Source: Candidatus Methanoperedens sp.
GTDB lineage: Archaea; Halobacteriota; Methanosarcinia; Methanosarcinales; Methanoperedenaceae
Direction: 5' to 3'
Assembly: GCA_023249275.1 (NCBI GenBank)
Contig: JAHFCV010000001.1
Location: 1-46,372, forward strand
DNA length: 46,372 nucleotides
This document shows positions 35,468 through 43,112 of this stretch, one piece after another (positions within the stretch are counted from its first letter, which is position 1; the number at the start of each line of letters is the position of its first letter). The position numbers and the translations under genes are program-made. The notes beneath the pieces were generated by a model that was not told the origin of the DNA, did not search any database, and was given only the letters and a program-made list of their open reading frames with translations.

Positions 35468-36141
35468 CGTCCAATTTTCAGCCGTAAAGCGAGTTTTTCC
35501 GGAAGATGTGCAGCAAGCATATCTTCAATCACTTTTTCAATATCATAAGCTGCTCTTTCAAGCTCGATTTTTCCTGATTCGGTATCAAGAACAGCAAACG
35601 CAGCGCGTGGATTCCCGTCCCTTGGCTGCCCGACAGAGCCGGGATTTACGATTATGCCTTCAGGATACTCTTTTTTGAACTGGATATGAGTATGACCCAG
35701 GACAAGGATATCAGCATTTGCGGCAGATAGCAGCTCAGGTATTACCTTTTCAGGATAAACATATTCATCAATATCGAACGGGCTTCCATGAACAAGCACT
35801 ATCCTTTTTTCATCAATGATAATGGATTCAATATTTTTTAGCCCTTTAATGTAACCGGAATTATCAGGCAATACTGCTTTCCTTGTCCACTCAAGAGCAG
35901 CTTTCGCATACGGATTAAACCCTGAAGTATCCCCTGTAACCAAAGCCCTGTCATGGTTCCCGGCAATGGAGATTATGTTATTCTTTTTGAACAATTCAAT
36001 CGTTTCATCAGGATATGGATTATAACCAACAATGTCGCCGGCATGCAATATTCTTTCAACGCTAAAGCCGCGGAGCGCAGAAAGAACGGATTTTAGCGCA
36101 ACAGCATTGGAATGAACGTCTGCAATCAGCCCGATAAGCAT
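35464..36141 (-). CDS. Calcineurin-like metallophosphoesterase (YfcE/MJ0936-like)
   Basis: ADVHSN, GDIVGY, GNHD, VHGSP, GHTH, NPGSVGQPRDG; start moved to MLIGLIAD. Confidence 0.92.
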   Translation of the reverse strand: MLIGLIADVHSNAVALKSVLSALRGFSVERILHAGDIVGYNPYPDETIELFKKNNIISIAGNHDRALVTGDTSGFNPYAKAALEWTRKAVLPDNSGYIKGLKNIESIIIDEKRIVLVHGSPFDIDEYVYPEKVIPELLSAANADILVLGHTHIQFKKEYPEGIIVNPGSVGQPRDGNPRAAFAVLDTESGKIELERAAYDIEKVIEDMLAAHLPEKLALRLKIGR

Positions 36142-36181
36142 ATTAATAGATATACAATGATTTCCCAAATAGTTGTCCTTG

Positions 36182-37183
36182 ATGAAAAAAGTCAGAGCTT
36201 CAATGGGAACCCTTGGCGTCCTGGGACTTGAACTCGTGCAGATGGATACGCCGCCCACTACGGCTTATCTTCAGATTTATACTGAAAAACGATGCAAGGC
36301 GAACTGCCAGTTCTGCGCCCAGGCATCGGGTTCATCCGCCGATATAACCCATATTGCCCGCGGCATGTATGTGCCTGCTGACCTTGAACTAGTCGTGACT
36401 CGGCTTAAAATGGCTTACGAGAGAGGCTACCTTGCCCGCGCCTGCATCCAGACAGCGCTTTATGATACGTGGTGGGAGGATACAGTTTATTTAATCAAAA
36501 GGATACGCGAAGAAAGCCAAATCCCGATATCGCTTTCGGTTTTCCCGATAAGTACGAAGCAGTATGAAGACTTGAAAAAAATGGGGATTAACGAACTTGT
36601 GATACCTCTTGATGCCTGTACGCCGGAGTTATTCGACAGGATAAAAGGAAAAAGTGCAGGCGGACCTTATTCCTGGGATAGTCACATGGACGGTATACGA
36701 AGAGCCGCGCGCATATTTGAAAAAGTGGGGACACATCTCATGCTCGGTCTCGGTGAGAGCGATGAAGACGCTGTAAGGATAATTTCGGAATTGCACAATG
36801 ATAATGTGAATATCGCTCTTTTTTCATATACTTATATTCCAGGTTCCCAGGGCGATTTCCAGGACAAAACCGAAGATAGCATAATCAAACATTACCGCAC
36901 CGTACAAATTGCACGGCACCTGATTATAGAAGGAATTGAATCTTGTTCTGATATGCGATTCAAAAACGGTACACTCATGGATTTTGGGGTGAGCAGCGAT
37001 ATATTGCTCTCGATTATCGAGAACGGAGAGGCATTCCAGACCTCAGGCTGCCCTGACTGCAACCGCCCTATGGCGAATGAAACTTTCTCAAAGATTTATA
37101 ATTTCCCAAGAAAACCAGATGATGAAGAAATAATGAGCATAAAGAGGGATATGGGATTGGCTGACCGGATACCACAATCTTAA
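36182..37183 (+). CDS. Radical SAM protein, LipS2-like (archaeal two-component lipoyl synthase subunit)
   Basis: CKANCQFC radical SAM motif; C-terminal FQTSGCPDCNRP matching the LipS2 TxGCPxC(N/D)RP motif; HLMLGLGE. Confidence 0.75.
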   Translation: MKKVRASMGTLGVLGLELVQMDTPPTTAYLQIYTEKRCKANCQFCAQASGSSADITHIARGMYVPADLELVVTRLKMAYERGYLARACIQTALYDTWWEDTVYLIKRIREESQIPISLSVFPISTKQYEDLKKMGINELVIPLDACTPELFDRIKGKSAGGPYSWDSHMDGIRRAARIFEKVGTHLMLGLGESDEDAVRIISELHNDNVNIALFSYTYIPGSQGDFQDKTEDSIIKHYRTVQIARHLIIEGIESCSDMRFKNGTLMDFGVSSDILLSIIENGEAFQTSGCPDCNRPMANETFSKIYNFPRKPDDEEIMSIKRDMGLADRIPQS

Positions 37184-37229
37184 TTTACAATCCAAACAAA
37201 GTTACAGTATCAACCGGGAGAGGATATCA

Positions 37230-38339
37230 ATGGAAATTACTGAAAAAATATTCGAATTTGCAGATGAAATCGGTCCTGAAAAAATTATCCATCTGTACGA
37301 ACCGAGAACAAAAATGAAAGCCATTGTCGTGGTAGATAACGTGGCGGCAGGTCCTGCTATCGGGGGTGTGCGTATGGCGCCTGACGTTACCACAACCGAA
37401 GTCAGGCGGCTTGCCCGTGCCATGACCTACAAGAACATCATGGCAGGTCTTCCTCACGGCGGAGGAAAATCCGGGATTATAGCAGACCCAAAAACCGTAA
37501 ATAAAGAACAGGTTATCAGGACTTTTGCCCGCGGAATAAAAGATCTTCTGGAATACATACCCGGTCCAGATATGGGTACAGATGAAGCCAGCATGGCGTA
37601 TATCTATGATGAAACCGCGCGCGCCGTAGGGCTGCCCAGAGAGCTTGGCGGGATACCGCTTGACGAAATGGGCGCAACAGGATATGGAGTGGCTGTATGT
37701 ACGGAGGTTTCGAAAGATTATATCAATCTTGACCTCAGCGGGGCGCGGCTCACCATCGAAGGGTTCGGGAACGTGGGAAAACCCACTGCGCGTTTTCTTT
37801 CGGAAAAAGGCGTAATACTCGTAGCTGCAAGCGACTCAAAAGGAACAATTTACAATCCAAAAGGCGTAAACATTGAAGAATTGATACGGATTAAAGAATC
37901 CACAGGCTCGGTTACAAATTACAAAGACGGGGAAGTTTTAAAAACCACAGACCTGTTGATGGTAAGCACGGATATTTTCATTCCTGCGGCGCGTCCTGAT
38001 GTGATAAACGAAGCAAATTCGGATGTACTGGATGCAAAATTGATTATCGAGGGCGCAAACATCCCGATTACTGAAAATGCAGAGAAGACGCTTCACGACA
38101 GGGGCGTCCTGGTTGTTCCCGATTTTGTGGCTAATGCCGGCGGAGTGATTACAGCATCAGTTGAATATCACGGCGGAACCGAGACCGTAGCGCTTGACAG
38201 GATTAAAAGCACCATTTCCAGGAATACTAAAGAAATCCTCGATAAAGTATACAGCGACAAAACCTATCCCAGGGAAACCGCAGTCGATATTGCAAAACAA
38301 AGAATATTCCGTGCTATGAAATACAGGGAATGGATGTAA
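37230..38339 (+). CDS. Glu/Leu/Phe/Val amino-acid dehydrogenase
   Basis: GPAIGGVR, MTYKN, GGGKS, GPDMGT, ATGYGV, GFGNVG, IEGANIP, PDFVANAGGV. Confidence 0.92.
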   Translation: MEITEKIFEFADEIGPEKIIHLYEPRTKMKAIVVVDNVAAGPAIGGVRMAPDVTTTEVRRLARAMTYKNIMAGLPHGGGKSGIIADPKTVNKEQVIRTFARGIKDLLEYIPGPDMGTDEASMAYIYDETARAVGLPRELGGIPLDEMGATGYGVAVCTEVSKDYINLDLSGARLTIEGFGNVGKPTARFLSEKGVILVAASDSKGTIYNPKGVNIEELIRIKESTGSVTNYKDGEVLKTTDLLMVSTDIFIPAARPDVINEANSDVLDAKLIIEGANIPITENAEKTLHDRGVLVVPDFVANAGGVITASVEYHGGTETVALDRIKSTISRNTKEILDKVYSDKTYPRETAVDIAKQRIFRAMKYREWM

Positions 38340-39718
38340 TGCTTTCTTCGATATTCGAGCCGGAATCTATCGCTGTTATTGGAGCTTCCAACGATGAGAC
38401 AAAGTGGGGTGGCAGGATACTTAAAAACATACTGAGCGGCTACAAAGGACAGGTATATCCGGTGAATCCTAAAGAAAAGCAGATACAAGGTGTGGATTCG
38501 TTCCCTTCGGTCATGGAGATCCCCGGTAAAGTCGATCTGGCAGTTATAGCAATACCTGCACAATTTGTCCTCCAGGTTGTTGAAGCGTGCGGGGAAAAAG
38601 GCATCAGGGGACTTATTGTGGTAAGCGCAGGGTTTAGCGAGACAGGAAATGCAGGTTTAGAACTTGAACAAAAGCTGTTATCCATTGTGAAAAAGTACGG
38701 TATGCGAATGATAGGACCCAACACGCTTGGGATTGTGAATGAACCTGTAAACCTCAACGCCACTGTCATAGGAAGGCTCCCAAGCCCGGGTACAATATCT
38801 TTTATCACGCAGAGCGGAACGCTGGGTCTTGCAATAGCGGAATGGACTATAGATATGGGGCTTGGGCTCTGCAAAGTTATAAGCACCGGCAACAAGGCTG
38901 ATACGGACGACGTTGACCTGATAGAATACCTTGATAAAGACCCTGCAACAGGTGTAATAGCGATGTATGCGGAAGGAATAAAGCGCGGAAGGAAGTTTCT
39001 GGAGGCTGCCCGCCGCACTAAAAAACCCATGATTGCCATCAAGACAGGCAGGTCAAAAAGAGGTGCAAAAGCGGTTTTTTCACATACGGGCTCAATAGCC
39101 GGCTCTGATGAGGTATATTCGGCTGCATTTCGGCAGGCTGGAATACTGCGGGTTGATACAATAGATGAGGTTTTCGATGCGGCGCTTGCATTCTCATGCC
39201 AGCCGCTCCCGAAAGGAAATAATGTCGCAATCATCTCAAACGGCGGGGGCGCATCGATTGTTGCCACCGACGAGTGCGAGAAGCACGGCATGAACATTGT
39301 TGATTTAAGCGATGAAACGAAGGAAAGAATTAAAAATGTCATTCCGGAGTTTGCTTCGGCTTCAAATCCTGTTGACACCGCCGGGACGTCTTCCTATACT
39401 GCTTACAGCGAGACCATTAAAGCTCTTCTCCTCGATAAGAATGTGGATGCCCTGATAGCGATTTACGTGCATACCCTGATGTCAGATGCGATACCGCCTG
39501 CCGAGGCTGTGGTCGAAATTAAACGAAAATGCCCCAAACCCGTAATAGCATGCTGGATGGGGGGAGCGGGCACGGACGAAGGAGTGGAAATCCTGAAAAG
39601 CGGCTGCCTGCCCAACTATTCGGTTCCTGAGCGGGCTGTGAAAGCGCTGGCTGCGCTTATCAGGCACAGGGAGTTCCTTGAAACTGTTAAAACAAGAGCC
39701 GCAGGGGAGAGCAAATGA
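38339..39718 (+). CDS. acdA: ADP-forming acetate/acyl-CoA ligase, alpha subunit
   Basis: SIAVIGAS, YPVNP, SAGFSE, GPNTLG, TQSGT, STGNKAD, SHTGSIAG (phospho-His), NGGG, NPVD; TAATG coupling to the upstream gene. Confidence 0.93.
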   Translation: MLSSIFEPESIAVIGASNDETKWGGRILKNILSGYKGQVYPVNPKEKQIQGVDSFPSVMEIPGKVDLAVIAIPAQFVLQVVEACGEKGIRGLIVVSAGFSETGNAGLELEQKLLSIVKKYGMRMIGPNTLGIVNEPVNLNATVIGRLPSPGTISFITQSGTLGLAIAEWTIDMGLGLCKVISTGNKADTDDVDLIEYLDKDPATGVIAMYAEGIKRGRKFLEAARRTKKPMIAIKTGRSKRGAKAVFSHTGSIAGSDEVYSAAFRQAGILRVDTIDEVFDAALAFSCQPLPKGNNVAIISNGGGASIVATDECEKHGMNIVDLSDETKERIKNVIPEFASASNPVDTAGTSSYTAYSETIKALLLDKNVDALIAIYVHTLMSDAIPPAEAVVEIKRKCPKPVIACWMGGAGTDEGVEILKSGCLPNYSVPERAVKALAALIRHREFLETVKTRAAGESK

Positions 39719-40365
39719 CCAGGATTCTTACTGAGCATGAAGCAAAACAACTTCTTGCAAAATATGGGATTCCTGTGACAAAAGAGAGTATTGCCACAAG
39801 CGCTGACGAGGCGCTTGCGATTGCATTACAGATAGGTTCCCCGGTTGCTATGAAAATTTCCTCGCCTGACATTTCACATAAGAGTGACGTTGGAGGAGTT
39901 GTGCTGAATGTGAAAAGGGAGGAAGTGAGAACAACGTACACTGAATTGATGGCGCTGATTAAGAAAACTGTTCCGAATGCAAAAATAGAAGGCGTCCTCG
40001 TACAGCAGATGGCTCCGCCCGGTCATGAAACCATTGTGGGCTTGAAAAAAGATGCGCAGTTCGGTCATGCGCTGATGTTCGGGCTTGGCGGGATTTTTGT
40101 AGAGGTTTACAAGGATGTTTCTTTCAGGGTCGTGCCTGTCGAAATGAGAGATGCGCTTGATATGATTTCGGAGATTAAAGGATATCCCATACTCAAAGGC
40201 ATTCGCGGCAGGAAGCCTGCGAATATAGAGGCTATCGCGAGGGTGCTTGTCTCGGTTTCGGAAATGGCGGAAAAAGAGAACATCATCGAGCTTGATATTA
40301 ACCCGCTGATTGTGAATGAGAGCGGCGCGATTGCGGTGGATGCGAGGGCGATGGTGGAAGCATAA
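39715..40365 (+). CDS. acdB: ADP-forming acetate/acyl-CoA ligase, beta subunit (ATP-grasp)
   Basis: EHEAKQLL..YGIP, SPDISHKSDVGGV, MFGLGGIFVE, ELDINPL, VDAR. Confidence 0.93.
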   Translation: MTRILTEHEAKQLLAKYGIPVTKESIATSADEALAIALQIGSPVAMKISSPDISHKSDVGGVVLNVKREEVRTTYTELMALIKKTVPNAKIEGVLVQQMAPPGHETIVGLKKDAQFGHALMFGLGGIFVEVYKDVSFRVVPVEMRDALDMISEIKGYPILKGIRGRKPANIEAIARVLVSVSEMAEKENIIELDINPLIVNESGAIAVDARAMVEA

Positions 40366-40375
40366 AAAGAGGAAT

Positions 40376-40681
40376 ATGGGAATTGTAATATCTAAAAATA
40401 ACGTTCCGATTAGATTGCCTGATGAGAGATGGTTTCACATCACAGAGGAGCACTCTGAGATGGCGGGCTATTATTTCGAAGTCCTTGAAACAATAGAGGA
40501 GCCTGAGATAATCTATGAAGGTAAAACAGGGGAACTTCTGGCTGTAAGGAACATAGAAGAAGGTAAGTATATAGTGGTAATATATAGAGAATTAAGCAAA
40601 GAAGATGGATTCGTGATAACTGCCTTTATAACGAAACAAAAAAATAAACTTGAGAGGAGGCGAAAAATATGGAAGCGATAG
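40376..40681 (+). CDS. Putative BECR/RelE-fold ribonuclease toxin (DUF4258/PBECR-like)
   Basis: IRLPDERWFHITEEH.EM...LETIEEP...Y.VVIY...GFVITAF pattern; GAGG RBS; start shortened from 40316. Confidence 0.7.
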   Translation: MGIVISKNNVPIRLPDERWFHITEEHSEMAGYYFEVLETIEEPEIIYEGKTGELLAVRNIEEGKYIVVIYRELSKEDGFVITAFITKQKNKLERRRKIWKR

Positions 40682-40923
40682 AGGTAAAAAAGGTACTGAC
40701 ACTCGTACCAGAATTACTGGATGTTCCATATTCAAGGGTCTGGACTGCATACGATAAAGAGGCTGACGTCCTGTATATCAACTTCAAAAAGCCAAGCCAT
40801 GCAGATGATTCAGAGCTTACGGATGATGATGTCATAATCAGATATGAAAAAGGAGAAGTTATAGGATTCACTATACTTAATGCGAGTAAAAGAAAGTCTT
40901 TAAAACACAGGCGCGGCGCATAA
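40669..40923 (+). CDS. DUF2283 family protein (putative antitoxin)
   Basis: YDKEADVLYINF...DDVIIRY..GEVIGFTILNAS; overlaps the toxin gene. Confidence 0.85.
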   Translation: MEAIEVKKVLTLVPELLDVPYSRVWTAYDKEADVLYINFKKPSHADDSELTDDDVIIRYEKGEVIGFTILNASKRKSLKHRRGA

Positions 40924-40936
40924 AAGAGGCTTTGCA

Positions 40937-41191
40937 ATGCCAAAAAAGGTTAAACAATTGCCTGAGGAATTCAAAACACTGGAAGATGCTGCAGAATTCT
41001 GGGATACGCATGACATTACTGAATTTATGGAGGCACTGGAAGAGGTTGATATGAAGGTTGACCTTCAAAAGAGGCATTATTTGATAGAACTGGATAAGAA
41101 TACCGCTCTGCTGATACTTAAAAAACCTGTTTACTGGGGCATTGCCGATTCATCAGAAGACATCGACAAACATCTATATGAAGAAAGATGA
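40937..41191 (+). CDS. CopG/BrnA-like antitoxin, possibly chimeric
   Basis: LPEEFKTLEDAAEFWDTHDITEF N-terminus; atypical C-terminus. Confidence 0.65.
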   Translation: MPKKVKQLPEEFKTLEDAAEFWDTHDITEFMEALEEVDMKVDLQKRHYLIELDKNTALLILKKPVYWGIADSSEDIDKHLYEER

Positions 41192-41218
41192 GCCTGCTGA
41201 TTGAGCACTTAATCGCTA

Positions 41219-42652
41219 TCATCGTGCTTTTTTCTTATACTCCCTTATTTCCTCAATTATCTTCCTATCCACAACCCCCGGCTCTGTCATCTTTCTGGCA
41301 TCAAGTATCTCGTTCAAGTACTTCTCAGGAATAATATCTTTCTCAACAAGCACCTGCCTCAACGACTTATTCTCAGCGAGCGCCGTCTTTACAAGCTGCG
41401 CCACGGCATCATAGCCAATATAAGGATTTAGTACTGTCGCAAGGGCATGGCTGTTTTCAAGAAGTTCGGCGCACCTTTTCTCATCCACTGTCATGCCTGA
41501 TATGCAGTCTTCCCTGAGCATCCGGACAGTATTCGTCAGCATTTCAATACTCCACAAAAGGTCAAATGCGATAAGAGGCGTCATCACATTGAGTTCCATC
41601 TGCCCCGCCTCTGCTGCCAGCGCCACCGCATGGTCGTTGCCCATGACCTGGAAGCATACCATGTTTACTGCCTCCGGAATCGAGGGGTTTATTTTCCCAG
41701 GCATTATGGAAGAGCCTGGTTCAACTTCAGGCAGGATTAATTCGGCAATGCCTGTTTTTGGTCCCGAATTAAGAAGGCGCAGGTCGTTTGAAATCTTGTT
41801 AAGCTCAATTGCCAGAATCCGCAGTGCGCTGGATACATCCACAAAACCCGCCATGCTCCAGTGGAGCATGATGCTGTTCCCCTGATAAAACTCAAAACCT
41901 GTAAGTTTGCCCAGTTCCGAAATAATCGTCTTTTTGAAATCCGGATGCGTATTGATGCCTGTGCCAACGGCAGTCCCGCCGATTCCCAGCTCCAACATGC
42001 TGTTTTCCGCGGCGGTAATTCGCACGATGCACTTCCCAAGCGATGCCGCATAACCGCCAAACACCTGACCGTACCTTATGGGCACAGCATCCTCAAGATG
42101 AGTCCTCCCGACTTTGATAACATGGTCGTATTCTCTTGATTTTGCAAGGAACCCGGCAAATATCTTTTCCAGTTCCTCGATAAGAGGCGGCATGGTGAGA
42201 AGCACGCTCAACCGTATTGTGGTTGGTATCACATCATTGGAGGACTGCGCCATGTTTACATGGTTGTTGGGGTGAACGAGGTGATAATCGCCGGGTTTTC
42301 CGCCCAGTTTTTTAATCGCGACATTGGCAATGACCTCATTCATATTCATGTTAAAAGGCGTTCCTGCGCCTGCCTGGAATACATCGAGTATGAACTGATC
42401 GCTGTATTTGCCTTGAATAACCTCATCCGCAGCCTGGATAATGGCATCCCCGATTTTTTTATCAAGCATGCCGAGCTTCATGTTTGCCAGCGCTGCTGCT
42501 TTCTTGATGATGGCAAGCGATTTTATGAACTCAGGCTTGGCGCGAAGCCCGCTTATCCTGAAATTTTTAGAGGCGCGCGTGGTGAATGCGCCGTACAGGA
42601 CTTTGTCGGGAACTTCGATTTCGCCAAGGCTGTCTTTTTCGGTTCTGGTCAT
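41219..42652 (-). CDS. aspA: Aspartate ammonia-lyase (fumarase/aspartase superfamily)
   Basis: QAGAGT..NMN.NEV, GRTHLEDAVP, GSSIMPGKINP, ELNVM; these variants fit AspA better than FumC. Confidence 0.82.
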   Translation of the reverse strand: MTRTEKDSLGEIEVPDKVLYGAFTTRASKNFRISGLRAKPEFIKSLAIIKKAAALANMKLGMLDKKIGDAIIQAADEVIQGKYSDQFILDVFQAGAGTPFNMNMNEVIANVAIKKLGGKPGDYHLVHPNNHVNMAQSSNDVIPTTIRLSVLLTMPPLIEELEKIFAGFLAKSREYDHVIKVGRTHLEDAVPIRYGQVFGGYAASLGKCIVRITAAENSMLELGIGGTAVGTGINTHPDFKKTIISELGKLTGFEFYQGNSIMLHWSMAGFVDVSSALRILAIELNKISNDLRLLNSGPKTGIAELILPEVEPGSSIMPGKINPSIPEAVNMVCFQVMGNDHAVALAAEAGQMELNVMTPLIAFDLLWSIEMLTNTVRMLREDCISGMTVDEKRCAELLENSHALATVLNPYIGYDAVAQLVKTALAENKSLRQVLVEKDIIPEKYLNEILDARKMTEPGVVDRKIIEEIREYKKKAR

Positions 42653-42705
42653 TTCTGCACCTTTATTATGCCTGTATATATTTGAATAGTATATTTAAAC
42701 TTGTG

Positions 42706-42847
42706 AGGGACGGCGCCGGGGCAGCGGAATGAGCCCGCATGGTGAGCACTTGCTGTTGAAAAGGGGGGTCGCATCCCTGTTGCGTCGATTATGCCCAGGG
42801 ACAGCCTCATCGCTGCGATTGAACTTGCAGCTAAAAAGATGGGATGA
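42706..42847 (+). pseudogene. Decayed 3' fragment of a methanogen-conserved HTH-regulator-like gene
   Basis: RDGAGAAE*ARMVST then a +1 shift to AVEKGGRIPVASIMPRDSLIAAIELAAKKMG*; resembles, from recall, the RDGA..xCAPIVS.TVEK..IPVATIMP..SL..AIE tail; no start codon context. Confidence 0.45.
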
Positions 42848-43112
42848 AGGGCAACGAGCTAAGTGTTTGGTGGCAGTATCCCAGTTATAATTTCCTCTTT
42901 CATAACTTCTTTTTCTTAATGCAAAACCAAGCCAAACTTCAGGATGCAGGCAGCGGGATAGGAGATTTCTGTTTTTTGGGACGATTATAATTAATTTAAA
43001 TTGATAATTTCAAAAGGTTTTTATAGTCTCGAACTGTATCAACTAACCAAGCATAGTTCAATCGCTCAATAAAAGCATTAGTGAACATCATTCACTGGAG
43101 AGGTGGAATATA

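Noticed and set aside
38440-39378. 312-aa antisense ORF (and similar antisense ORFs over leuS, the S-layer gene and sat)
   Set aside because: Fully overlap well-supported genes and show no recognisable motifs.
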